From positions 2,555,370 to 2,619,369 of the forward strand of contig MU057744.1 in assembly GCA_013265495.1 (NCBI GenBank): a stretch of 64,000 bases of DNA, given 5' to 3'. The stretch is from Vicugna vicugna. Lineage: Eukaryota. Position 1 is the stretch's first letter. Each line of letters begins with the position of its first letter. Below the pieces are notes generated by a model that was not told where the DNA came from, made no database searches, and saw only the letters and a list, made by a program, of their open reading frames with translations. This document shows, one piece after another, positions 1 to 12,187 of the stretch. Position numbers and translations under genes: made by a program.

Positions 1-138
1 TTTTACAGCATGGAGGATTCGGACACCACCAGCTCAGCACCTCAAGGGGAGCTGGCTTGACCCAGGAAGGCTTCTGCATCATCTGAACAGAGGGCATACC
101 TGGCTTCCTAGATGTCAGCCACTGGGGTGACTATACTT

Positions 139-522
139 GCCTTAGTCTCTTAGGGTAAAACTAAGTCCTGCAGACTGGGTGGCCTAAACAACAGAAATCT
201 ACTTTCTCACAACTCTGGAGGCTGAAGTTCAACAGCACGGTGCTGGAAGGATTGGCTGGTTTGGAGACCTCTTTCCTGGGCTCCTAGTTGACTATCTTCT
301 CCCTGCATGTTCACATGGTCTTTCTTCTCTATGTGTCTACATCCAAATGTCCTCTTCTTCTGAGGACACCAGTCAGATTGGACTAGGGCCCATCCGAATG
401 ACCTCGTTTTAACTTCGTTACTTCTTTAGAGGCCCTGTCTCTAAATACAGTCACATTCTGAGGTCCTGGAGGTTAGAACTTCTACATATACATTTTGGAG
501 AGATACACTCCAGCTCTTAACA
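139..522 (-). mobile_element. MaLR solo LTR (MLT1B/C-like)
   Basis: MLT1-type motifs: AGACTGGGTGGCCTAAACAACAGAAAT..TTCTCACAACTCTGGAGGCT, GGACACCAGTCAGATTGGACTAGGGCCC, AAATACAGTCACATTCTGAGGT. Confidence 0.8.
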
Positions 523-3339
523 ATAGCACTCCTGAAAAATTATGTTAACCCAGACCTGCTATTTACCCTGAAGAAATCCTTACCTAACCACTGTCAGAAA
601 TAGTGAATATGTATTCTTACTTCCAGTAAGGCACCTGTAGGAAGCCATCTGTGAGTAGATTTGAAGCTGTGGTTTAACTGCTTGTCCAAGTCTATGTCAC
701 ACCCATATAAAATAGTGTTTGAAATTGGCTTCTCCAAAACAGTACATCCTACTCTAAACAGACTAAGCTGCCAATCAGCTAACTCACTGAAAATCTGTAG
801 TGTGCATGTCTGCTGGGGGCCTGTGATGCCCCAGATAGCACTGTGAACCACAGGGACCCAATGCCACTGTCCTCATTTGGGAATCTATCTGTAAGACCTC
901 AGGTCACCATATCTGGATTAAAAGTTCTCTATTAGAAAGAGCATCTATTACTTCTGTAATAGTAAACATCATTCATTATCTTTTTACCATTTGGGCAATA
1001 ATTAATTATATGAGACTACCCACAGGAATGTAAGAAGGCCAATTACACCAACTAATTCCACATGGTCTCAATGAAGACATTAATACAGAAAGCAGTTCCA
1101 GGAATGGGGCTAAGTCTTCATAGTGGGAGCTGATGTGCAGGTTGCTGGCCTGGTCTCCACATAGAAGGCAACTGTATCTCCTGGAGGAGTGAATAACACG
1201 TGGAGGTAAACACGCAGCCACTTGCATCTGGGAAATCCTGCTGCGTGATCAGACTTTATGCACACTGTGTCCAAGGAGAGCTTCAACCCCTTCTGCATCC
1301 TTTGACACAGCCCTGCTGTACTTTCCCAGCCTTCTCTGCCAGGTCAGGAGACAAAGTGCTCCATGACCCCTGCTGTGGGGTCACAGATGGACTCCCCTTT
1401 CACTCCCTCCTAGCAATGACCTCTACCTACAAGAATTAGTTCCCTCAGATTTTTTCCTTTTTTTTTTTTTCTTAGCAACTTTGCTGGTTCATAGGTGATG
1501 GTCCTCTCTTCAACAAGGCTTTTAACCAGAGAAGAAAGTTACTAGCCAGTCTGGTGTTCCCTGTCCTCTCCTGATTTCCCTCTGAATATATAAAGTGGCC
1601 TGGGGGAGGCCCTTCCCTTAGTTTTTAACTCATGACCTATCCAGCGATATCCAGCTGTGTCCAATTAGAGGTATCATCTAGTTTTATTAGATAAATGAAC
1701 CCAAATTTCTGATTATAGTATAACCATCTTGTTTTTATATACAATTTTCAGAAACCTAACAATTTGGTGGCTTCCTTCTCAGTATTCTGATGGAGTGTAT
1801 ATATATATATATCTCAAATCACTTATTTTTAAACTATCCACTCTTACCAACTCATATTAGTGAAGAATCAATGGTAGCACTTTATGATCTGTTTCACTCT
1901 ATCTGAATGCATTACATTTTTTAGGACACTAATTAATCATAGTGATACCTTACAAAAAGTGTCAGTACATATTTCCATTTGGGGCAAAGAAATATAATGT
2001 GCTAGGGAGGCAGAAAGAAAACAACAAGTATTTAAGAGTCTCTGGAAGCAGATTTTAGCAGATCTAATAATGTCTAGTGTGCTACTTGAATTTCAAGTTC
2101 TTAACTTTTGGTGTCGAACATCTGGAGGGCTTTCATAAAGACCCAGCGTTCTTCTAGCTGTCTACCATCCTGAGAATAATGTAAGCTATAAACTCACACA
2201 GATCAAACGGTTATACATATGGACAGACAAGATGGTTATACAAATAGACCTCGATGTGAGTGAGCCTGTTGTCAACTCAGTACAAGTGAACATCTGCTAG
2301 TCGTGTAGTATGTTAATAAAGCACATTTAGAGTGACTGGGTCACTTAGAACATTGGCAGAAAAGTGATGGAGCCCTTTAACCTGGGCAACTGGCACCAAT
2401 TTATCTAACAATGGAAATAAATCATTGTACTATTTTCTATTTCTGCACTTTATTAATATTTGCTAAGGGCTTGCCAAAAGCCTTCCACTAAGTACTGTGA
2501 GTTTAGGTCATTTTTAAGGACATGTATCAGATAGACCATGTGCATCCAGAAATTCCAGAATCTTGTCTAGAGAAGAACTAGACATACAGAAGAACTGGAC
2601 ATATTTACACAGGAAATATGGACAAAAATAGAGACATATGCTTTTGTTTTAAGGGTAGCCCTACTGGTAAGTGAGGTGGGGTTAGAAAATCTAAAACTGG
2701 GTCTTGAGGAATTGAAAGAAGAGATTGCAAAGGATGAACAGAAGCCTTTCTCTGCAGAGGTGGTGGTAATTATTGAGCAGAAGCATGGTTAAACAACAAT
2801 TAGGAAATAAATAAGTTTGTAAAAACTTAATGTCTACAGAATAGGACAACCAGGAGATTAGATGCAGAAGTCTAAATGTGATAGAAAGAGCACAGAGAAG
2901 CTATATTTTTTAAAATTATGATTATGAAATGGTGAGCTATGGATCCAACATTTGCTTGCCTAATCTAAAAAGTCACCTCAAATATAAAGTATAAGGTGCT
3001 AGGAAATCTTCATGATGTTTTACAAAAGATAATAACTTCCTGGCACGTCTTCATTCATGCACTATTGATTACCTACTATGTATAAAACATTGTGATATTA
3101 ACATAGAAAAAAGGCATGGAGGTCCTGGTGTAAACTTAAAATCTCCAACAGTATTAAGATGAGCACATAGTATCTATAATGAAAGTAGACTGCTTTAAGG
3201 CTCATAAAAGAAATAAATGCCCTAGGAGTTAAATAATGGACAGAGTAATTCCCAAAGGAGGCAAGATAGCTCTGTCATTAAGACGATGAACAGAGAAAAT
3301 TCTGCCATCAGCTTAATGTTATTCAAAATATGAGATGAA

Positions 3340-3490
3340 AGGGACCTGGAAACCTGGATCCAGCATTCTCTCATCATACTTCAAGCAAGTTATGTAATAT
3401 CATTAGGTATAAATTCCTCCACCTGTAAAATAAGGATATTAATACTAACCTTCTTCCTGTGAGAGTAAACTGAAATAATTCATAAAAATA
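3340..3490 (+). mobile_element. MIR SINE fragment
   Basis: Diverged MIR core: CAAGTTATGTAA..TTCCTCCACCTGTAAAATAAGGATATTAATACTAACCT..GTGAGAGTAAACTGAAATAAT. Confidence 0.55.
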
Positions 3491-6400
3491 ATTCATATGC
3501 CTATAGATATTTTAATCCTAAACTTAAATGATACCGAGCAAGCTTCCTTCAGAAGGGACAGCATCATAAACTTCATGATACCCATCATACTTCTCCAGTC
3601 TCTCAGGTATTTATCGCTTAAAGTGGGCACTGGGTTTTTTGGGGAGAAATTTAATTTGCAAAAGTAAACCATAAGCTAGAATAGAGGAATAGTCACTTAA
3701 AATACCAGGGACCAAGGATCAAATATTCATGACTGTAGGTTTTCCAGCACTCAAATTCTTTCCATTAGATTAGATAGTCTTTGCATTCATCTGTGTGCTA
3801 AATGGGGCTCCCCAGTTAAAACCCAATCACGTTTTTGCATGCCTGGGGTTCATCTGATAGATGGAAGCAAGGTGAAAGTAAAAAAACTTGGGGAATATTT
3901 TGGTATTATTTTCATTTGGTCTTTCCTTAAAGTTTATATATAACTGTCTTTCATCATAAAAAGTACATTTTTAGTGTCTTCTTCACAAAGTGAAACAAGA
4001 AGGATATAATCGCACTTACAATAGGTGAGCTCTACAACCATGCAATATTAAATTATATGCGAAAGGAGAAAACACAATACAAGGACATAATTCTCAATCA
4101 GTAATGTGGAAAATTTAGGGAAAAATGAAAATCTTGCTTTCTGCATTTTAATATACAAGCATTTGAAATTAGCATTTTTCCTCCAGGAACTTCTGACTTT
4201 GAACATTCAGTTTTAATTTCTGAGAATGCAAATTATGAATCATTGACGAGACATGTAAAAGGTGAGCCTTAACTGTTGATCAACAGAGCAGAATACGAAT
4301 GATTTCTTTCCTCCCCGTCTCCTGGCAAAGGCAGATCTGCGATTTCTCTTTCCAACACCTCTGTTCTCCATCGCTGTACAAAAGTCTACCTCTGGTTGCT
4401 GAGGGACCTGTCCTACAGACCACAAACATATGCCTGGCAGTTGGCTAGGATACCTACTTTCAAACATAAGGCAAAGAAGATGAGTTCACTTCCCTAACAG
4501 CGTCTGCCAAATCTGGCCCCATTCTCCCTCAGTGGTCTCAAGACCCGATGGCCAAAATCCTGCTATAGCAAAATTTCCAAGGGAAAGGTCAAAGTTAAAG
4601 AAAGGAATCCTGGGAAGACACAAGAGATTCTGCTCTGCTGAGAGTCACCTGCTTGGGAGGAAGGATGTTTATGCTCTAGCACTCTTCATCATCAACAGAT
4701 GGAAAATGTTTTTGTCTAAGTCCTGACAGCATCCCTTTCCTTATCTAATCGGTGTTCACACCACCGATTCCATTTAAAAAAAAAGGAATTGGTTTTGGTG
4801 ACCACGTTCAAATAATTCTGCCCATTTTCTCTTGCATTGCTGAAGCTTGCAGTCGTTCTGCACAGATGTCTTTCACCATGAATGAGGCCGCCTTTGTTCC
4901 TGTGTAAGCTCTTTCACATTGGCTATGCCCACAGTCACATGAATTGGCCTGAGCTCTTATCTCCAAGGATGGGATAAAGTTAATCTCTATACAAACTGGA
5001 CAGGAGCCAGTATTCATAAGTCCCTACAGCGGAACAGGCTGCCGTGACAAAGCACACAGCGATATTTTCAGCCAATGGATCACAAAGCATAAGGGTATTT
5101 TCCTCTTCCTGGGCGAATTTTATGAGGATGGCAAAGCGTTCATTTAGAACATTTTATGTTTGGGTCATAACGTTCCCTTCAATACTTAGAGGTTTAAGTT
5201 GTGGCAATCAATATTATCTATGCATTATAAAACAGTAACTTTTAGAAAACATTTTAAGCACTGTATTTCAGGCACCTGGTTAAGCACTAGAGATATAAAG
5301 GGAAGCAGAATGTAAAGCAAATGCACGTTTCCAAGATTCCCTAATAAATAACTTTGGCAATAGGAACAGTTAAAGTTTAGAGGTTTTAAAGATTCGCATC
5401 TAATTTTTCTGCAACTGTATTTACCATATGTGGTCAAATTAGACTCAGTTTCTTATTATTCCCAGTTGGGGCTTAATGTCTTTTTTTTTAATCTATATAG
5501 AAAAATATATTGTCTTGTTTTTCTGTATTTCCTAAGTACTATTATCTTTCACGTTAAGATGCTCAAATTTGCAGAAATTCAGTACTTCAAGATTTACCAA
5601 ATATAACAACTAATGCCCTTTGTTATTAACTTGGTGCTTAGTCAACTTCCTTCAGTATAACTAATAAATATTTAGAACTACCGGGAGTCCAAAAGTTTCA
5701 GAAGTGTCTCCAGAAACAATGTTTTCACTTGATCACTATGGGGTGAAATACTGATGATATATGTCTTTACTGTTTTTTTGTGTAAGTCATCAGAGAAAAC
5801 AATAGAATGGTGGAGCAAAAGTGGTGAGTGTTAAAAGACTTTTTTCAGGTCCTGTTAAAATGGAATGAGCACAATGATCAATTTTGAAGTACTGAAAAGC
5901 TGGCACTGCACACAGTTCATAGTTTTTGCAAATCCCTTAGCTGATTCACCTAAAAGTGCATCTTTAATATTTGAATGGACTCATGAGACATTTAACTAGG
6001 CAGTGGAATGAGTTCTAGATTTATGTGGCTCCATTTTATCTTCAATTTCACTCTGACACATGCGTTTGCTAGGGAGAATCTTTCCTTATTATAGTCACAA
6101 GTTTCATGCTTGGGGAAGGAATTATAAAAAAAAATTAGCGGGATATTTCAAGTATTGACAAACATTCTATCTTAGGTGTGAGATTAAGATGCTTTAATTA
6201 TACATTTTTCAGTGCTCATGAAAATCATTTTTTTATTACATGATCACAGCTTGTACCAATAGTATTTGTTTTTACTTGAATTATTAGGTGTAAGGGAGTA
6301 GGGCAAGAAAGCCCGGTAGAACAGTAAAAGATCATTCATACACCCACATTAACTAAAGCAACTCAGAGTTTGTGTTTCAGAAATGGATGGCCAATAGCAT

Positions 6401-6747
6401 AATCACAGTTTATAAAAATTACGTCTATCAGTGATGGAAGCTTTGTATCTACTTTGAGATCTGGATTTGAGACTATTTTTCTCGCCATTTACTATGCGTT
6501 TGAATCTCATTGAATCTCATCTCTAAAGGGAATAAAGTATCATCTTTCTCAAGGTCTATTGAAAGAAATCAGTGATATATTTGAAAGTATTTTTAAACAT
6601 TAGGAAGTATTAACTTATCTATGCCTTTTAGCGGGTGAGTATTTGGTTCTGGTCTTGAGAATACATTTTATTATTCCGTGTTCACTCAAGGAAAACCTGG
6701 ATGAATAACATCACTGGGTGTGGTTTCCGGATTGTGGGTAGCTTGTA

Positions 6748-6812
6748 TTTCATGACATGCAGTAATCATGGTGGTATAGTGGTGAGCATAGCTTCCATGA
6801 TACACAGTAATC
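6748..6812 (+). pseudogene. Tailless retrocopy of the 5' part of tRNA-Gly(TCC) with target-site duplication
   Basis: 6769-6793 TGGTGGTATAGTGGTGAGCATAGCT equals nt 5-29 of mammalian tRNA-Gly-TCC as recalled. It is flanked by direct repeats TTTCATGACATGCAGTAATC (6748-6767) and TTCCATGATACACAGTAATC (6793-6812), 16/20 identical. Confidence 0.75.
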
Positions 6813-7769
6813 TTTTGACTAGTAGAAAACAAAGTTTCTAGGCTAAAATTGGAGGCACTAAAAGGACAAAGACAAAGTCTAACAGAAGCACTATGGGTAT
6901 GTGAGTAATTTTCCTATCTAAAAATACCATTTGTGACTTATGTGTGTTGAAACCTATATATCAAATTAAAAATCGAATTTTCTGAAGCCTAACCCTGACA
7001 GATACAAAAAAAAAAAAATACCCAAAACATAAGTATAGAGCTCAACAAGATACAAACTAAAAAATCTTAGGTCAAGAAGCAGAACACTGCCAGCAATACA
7101 GAAGTTTCAAACAAATGTAATTATTTCAAATATTGATAAACGCTCTGAAGAAAGCAAATAAAGCACTGCAAGGTCAAGTAAGAGGAGCATCTACATCAGC
7201 GGGTAGACACAGGTGCATATGTACATGCTGAGAGGAGTGGAGGACAAGGCAGGTAACACATGGCTGTCACCTGGAGAAGAGGGTGACGAGCACAGTGCTG
7301 AGCAGACTTTTTAGAGCTGCACATTGAGAGAGGGAAGAGTACCTTCTTCATTCAACGAGGAAAGAAGTGGGAGACAAAGGGCACAAGATAGGAGAGATTT
7401 CTAGGTTTGTGGTTAAAGTTCTTATCTGATAACCCTTCTATAAGGCAGATTTACTTTTTGAATATGGATGTCCAGGAGGCGTCTAACTTTTTAAAGAAAC
7501 AGGAGAAAATAATGAAATGATGGTGCTATGGTGGTTTCAGTAATGAGAAAGTCACCCTATAAGGAAGACTGGAGTGATCACTGCCCAGCTGAATTTAAGC
7601 ATCACAGGTTAAAAAAACACAGTCAGCTGACCTGGTTGAAGAGAACTTAAAGAGAAGAGAGAGAGGAGGATTCACTCAGGTTTAGTATTTTGACTCGAGT
7701 ATAACGGAAGGAAACAGTGATAATGAAGTTAAAGATTTCACAAAAGACCTTCAATAAATCACAGAGGCA

Positions 7770-8200
7770 ACCTATGGAAGAGGAGAAAATATTTGCAAAG
7801 CAAATATATCTGACTAGGAGTAAGTAACCAAATACACGAGGAACTCACTCAATCCATGGTGGTGGCGCAGGGGGGGGGTCTGTTAAAAATGGGGAGAGGA
7901 ACTGAGTCGACACGTTTCCAAAGACGACGCAGAAATGGCCAACAGGCACAGCGTAAGGCGCTCCACATCAGCAACCATCAGGGAAACGAAAATTAAAGCC
8001 ACAGTGAGTCACCTGTGAGAAGGGCTGTTACACGAGTTGACCAGGCTGCAGAGAACGGGCCCCGTGCACCGCTGGGGGGACGCGCTCTGGGGCCGGGGGT
8101 CCTCCAACATCACGAGCAGAACCAGCCTCGCTCCCGGCCCTCACGTCGGGCCTCCGGGAGCCCCTCCCTGGGGACACGTTCCAGAACCAGGACGGCTGCG
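7770..8200 (+). mobile_element. Old L1 fragment (end of ORF2), becoming GC/CpG-rich towards the island
   Basis: L1 motifs GGAGAAAATATTTGCAAA, AAATGGCCAACAGGCACA, CATCAGGGAAACGAAAATTAAAGCCACAGTGAG in the expected order. Confidence 0.7.
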
Positions 8201-8537
8201 GACGCTGCACGTTCGGGGCTCCCCGCACACACGCGCCTGCGCAGAAGCCGCAAGTGTAAGGACACACAGGGAGTGCCCGGCCGGCAGCGCTAACCCGCCG
8301 TGGCACAGAACGACCACGGCAACGCCTCGCCCTGACACACACCCACCACGGCAACGCGCCGTGACGGAGGCGGTGTGAGCGCGGTCCGTCTCCCCCTAAA
8401 AGGACCCCACTGTCCAAATTCAGCGCCTTTTCCGCGCTGACTAAGCCCTCCCCACACGCCGTGGCCCGAACGTCCCCAAACCGGCGCGGACTGCTTTCCC
8501 GCCTTCACAGCTTCACCCGGAGGAGACTCGTTCTTAC

Positions 8538-8750
8538 CGGAGCGCCCGGCCACCTCAGGGCCCTGGCTGCCGCTTTCCTTATCTGGTCGAGAACTTTCCA
8601 CAGGGACCGTCCGGAGTCGGGCCCCAGCAAGGGTCCTCGGCCTGGAGCCGCTGGCTCGGGAGAAGGAGGCGAGTTCGCCCAGAAGCGGAGGGAAGCGGTG
8701 TCGCCTGACGGGAGGACAGACACGTGCTGGAGGTCCCTCAGCGCGGGCTC
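8538..8750 (-). other. Putative non-coding first exon of a minus-strand transcript (start position approximate)
   Basis: Minus-strand donor CCG|GTAAGA (plus strand TCTTACCGG at 8532-8540) next to the GC box. No ATG in the exon, and downstream exons were not identified. Confidence 0.5.
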
Positions 8751-8849
8751 TCCGGCCGGCTGGGGGCGGGGCCGCGGGGGGTGGTTCTCACAGGTTCTCG
8801 CGGGACCAGCCGGAGCTCACGCCCGCCCGGGCCGCAGTGCCGGGCGCAG

Positions 8850-9029
8850 CCTCTCTGCGCTCGGCCCGCCGTGCTGCCGCTTTGGGCTGAGCGCCGTGCG
8901 CGGCTTCTGCACACGGCGGGCGGGGCGGAGGCATCGGAGCGGACGTCTGGGGCCGCGGGAACGGTGGCCTGAGGCGACAGGTGCGAGGCCTCTGCGCGTG
9001 CCGCCGAGCCAGTGAAGGAGAAGACAAAG
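8850..9029 (+). other. Putative first exon of a plus-strand transcript (start position approximate)
   Basis: Strong donor AAG|GTGAGC at 9029/9030 inside the CpG island. No ATG upstream within the exon. Confidence 0.55.
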
Positions 9030-9789
9030 GTGAGCCTTATCTTATTACCGGAGGCGCTTCATTCCCCGGGAACTGTTGTGGGCCTGGCGGTGACGGTCGG
9101 TCGCCTTTTCCCTTGCGGGGAGCGCTTAGCGGCGTCCTCGGCACGTGCCCGTGTGGGCGCTCCCTGCCCGTGCGTTCTGGGGCCGTCCAGTGACACGCGG
9201 GCTTCCGAGGCCGGCGCGGGGCGGGAGGGGCATGCTCGGGGGCCGCGTGCGGGGAAGGCGCGGCGGCTTCGGGCCGCGCTCGGAGCCGCGTGCGCTGTGA
9301 CGCGCCAGTTGTGTATGTCCGCGGTTCCCCGTGTGGCCCTGTCTGACCGCGGGGGCCCTGAGGGAGCCGGAAGCTGAAGGGGGTGGACCCTGAGTCAGGT
9401 GGGGGTGGGGGACATTGCCTGTTCAAGGGAAATAAAAACAGGATTTTCTTATTACTTAACACCTTGATTATGCCCGTAGAGTAAACTGCACGTATTTCAG
9501 ATGCACAGGTTGATGAGCTTTGGTAGCCGCACACACGCATGAAACCACCACCACGATCCCGGTAGCGAACACTGGGGTCACTCCCCAAGAGGAGCACATT
9601 TCGGATTCCCGATTTATCCCTTCCCACCCGCTTTACCCCCGGTGACCGGGGGTTTTTGGGTTTTGTGTATGTGTGTATGTATACTTTATTGAAGTGCAGC
9701 CAGTTTACAGTGCTGTGTCAGCGATGACCGTGAGTTTGTTCTCTGTGGCTGTGAGTCTGTTTCTGAGAAACAGAATCTTGGGGTCACTG

Positions 9790-10400
9790 CACCTTCACGT
9801 TCATAGCAGCGTTGCTTACAAAAGCCAAGATGTGGAAACAACCTAAGTGTCTGCGAGTGGACGCGTGGGTAGAGAAGAGGTTGTTTATATATCTTCCGTA
9901 GGATGTTTGTCAGCCATCAGAAACGGACGTCCTGCCGTTTGCAGCAACGTGGGCCGGCTTTGAGGGCATTATGCTAAGTGAGACAAGTCAGACAGAAAGA
10001 CTCCATACACTTGAATATGATCTCACCTGTGTGTGGAATCTAAAAAAAGCCAAACTCATAGAAACAGGCAAGAATTGTGGTAATCAGAGGCTGGGGCGTG
10101 GGCGAAAAGGGGAGATGTTGGCCAAAGAGTACAGACTTCAGTTATAAAATGAGTTAGTTCCGGTGATCTAATGCACAGTGTAGCGATTATAGTTAATAAC
10201 ACTGTATCACACACTTGAAAGTTGCTGAGAAAGTAAATCTTAAATGTTCTCACAAAAAAAAAAAAGGAAATGGTAATTATGTGATCAAGGGCTTAGCTAA
10301 AGCTCTGGTGGTAATAATTTTGCAACATATTAGTGTATCAAATCACCTTAGACTTGCACAGTGTTATATGTCAATTGCATCTCAGTGAAGCTGGGGAAAA
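9790..10400 (+). mobile_element. L1 3' UTR (L1MA9-like), 5'-truncated
   Basis: GTTCATAGCAGC..AGCCAAGATGTGGAAACAACCTAAGTGTC, GAGGGCATTATGCTAAGTGA, end motif TGTTATATGTCAATTGCATCTCAGTGAAGCTGG. Confidence 0.85.
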
Positions 10401-12022
10401 AGATTTTGCAAAGGAGGAATTGTAATTACTGCTCTTGGATCTTTAACGTGGGTATTTGTTTCCCATTTATTTTCTACTGGGTATATTTTTTATTCATGTT
10501 GACATCATTCTCATAAATGTTCATCTAGTACCTTTTATTTAGGAGTCCCCATTCTGGAGGGTAACCGTTATTCAGCACTGAACAAAACAGAAAAAAAAAA
10601 TTCCTGCTCTCAAGGGACTTCTGCTCTGGATTCGTGTTCACACACTGTTGGATTTTGTCAGCTTGAATGTTCTTGCTGCCTGGTTGTGGTGTTCTCTGGT
10701 CATTTCTTGTATGTTTGTGTGTGTTTACTTAGTTTCAGATACAAAATGGAGAGACCGAGTAGTCACAGTCCACAAAGCTTTTGGTTTCCATACTTAATGT
10801 CTCAGAGCAGAGCCATATACTCCAAATTCTGTATAAATGCTGGGATCCGAGCCCTACCTACTTACGTGTTGTGAATGATACACCTTGTCTCCTTTCTCTC
10901 AACATGTATTTTATTCACTGTTTCTGGTATTCCTTGATGTTACTGCCTGCCTGGTGAATGCCTTCTATTGTTTAAACTGAAGTCTGAAATTAAGACTTCC
11001 TGTGAAAAATTTATTTTCAAACATATCTTCTTCTTCATTTCCTTTCTTTACCATTTCTTTTCTTGCCTTGTGCCTTCTCTTCTTTTTCCCCTTCCTCTTT
11101 TGAAAACCTGTTATGATCCAGTCGAAGTTATTTACCTAATCCTTAGTGGTGTCCCATTTTCTCATAAGCTAAATTTGTATGTGAGTCTATGACACTATGC
11201 ATGTTGGGTTTTGCTTGTTAGCTTGATTTTTTGTCTTTCCCACTATCCAGAGAGCTCTTTACAGACAGTGATTGTATTGTACACATCTTTTTATCTTTAG
11301 TACCTTGTGTATTGCTTAAAACTTAGTAGCACTCAATCGATTTTAAATCAACACACAGATGAATTAATATGTTGGACGTCTTGTGGAGGATCACAGAGTG
11401 CCAGTACAAGGTGAATGGATTCTGTCCTTTCTTGTTTTAGGTCATGATCACTCTGGATTGTCAAATTCAGAGCAGTTGTGAGAGAAATGTTGTCTGGTAG
11501 ACTTAGACGCTTGCCAAATAGACTGGAGTTCCTGGCATAGGAAAAAGCCTGTGACGGGGCAGGGTTAGGAATCAGTACAGCGTGTCAGGGAAGCTAAGTA
11601 GCTTGTGTTGCTTGGACATGAACTGTGAGGGGGGTTGTGTGTGGGGTAAGTTGGAGGTGCAGGCAGGAACAGAATAGAAGACACAGCATTTGGGGCAGAT
11701 AGCCTTGCAATTTGAAGCCTGAAAAGCCTGCAGCATCCCTACAGCCAGCTCATCTTTATAGAGATTTTACATGAATAGGCAGAGACCTGCCAAAACAAGC
11801 ATGGAACCCGACCAGAGGGCAAAATGCAGTGCAGTCGGCTGGGCCCTGGTGCAGGCTGAGACCTGACTTCTCGCTCCTCACCAATAGAAGGCTTAATGAA
11901 CTCCCAGTTAAGAGAGTTTGCCAGTAAGCAAGAGAATAACTGGGTGACAAATACGGATATTTTGTCATTAGTTATACATGCTTCTATCTAGTTTAAATAT
12001 TCTGGATGTGGATACACATTTC

Positions 12023-12073
12023 AAATGTAGATGCATTTTCTTTTTTTTTTTTTTAAATGCAGATGCATTTTCT
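12023..12073 (-). mobile_element. Poly(A)-only retro-insertion with a 19-bp TSD
   Basis: AAATGTAGATGCATTTTCT, then a T run, then AAATGCAGATGCATTTTCT (18/19 identical direct repeats). Confidence 0.6.
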
Positions 12074-12082
12074 TCTTCATAG

Positions 12083-12187
12083 ATCCTTGCTTGTCACATG
12101 CGAGAAGTACACAAAACAATGACTATTGTGAAATTGTTACACTGCATACCTGAAATTGGATAGGACTAACCGGCTGTCCATCACCAC
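12083..12187 (+). pseudogene. Pseudo-exon, 105 nt, phase 1-1
   Basis: Acceptor TTTTCTTCTTCATAG, weak donor GTACGC. Reads PCLSHARSTQNNDYCEIVTLHT*NWIGLTGCPSP. Confidence 0.35.

Larger units (their letters stand above)
7900..9650. promoter_or_regulatory. CpG island, probable bidirectional promoter
   Basis: Dense CpG/GC against an AT-rich background. GC boxes at 8762-8773 and ~8922-8930, E-box CACGTG at 8721-8726, NRF1-like GCGCCTGCGCA at ~8233, near-palindrome TCTCGCGGGA at ~8796 (one mismatch to TCTCGCGAGA), ETS core CCGGAAG at ~9367, and outward-facing splice donors on both strands. Confidence 0.9.

Noticed and set aside
4747..4769. 8-bp stem hairpin AATCGGTG/CACCGATT before an A run
   Set aside because: Too short to exceed chance, and intrinsic terminators are not relevant in mammalian DNA
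8015..9627. Many overlapping 70-196 aa ORFs in the CpG island
   Set aside because: Expected from high GC content. Mostly non-ATG starts, low-complexity R/G/A/P content, and partly L1-derived
10746..10874. ATG in good Kozak context after an acceptor (MERPSSHSPQSFWFPYL..)
   Set aside because: No good donor and no support that this is the start exon
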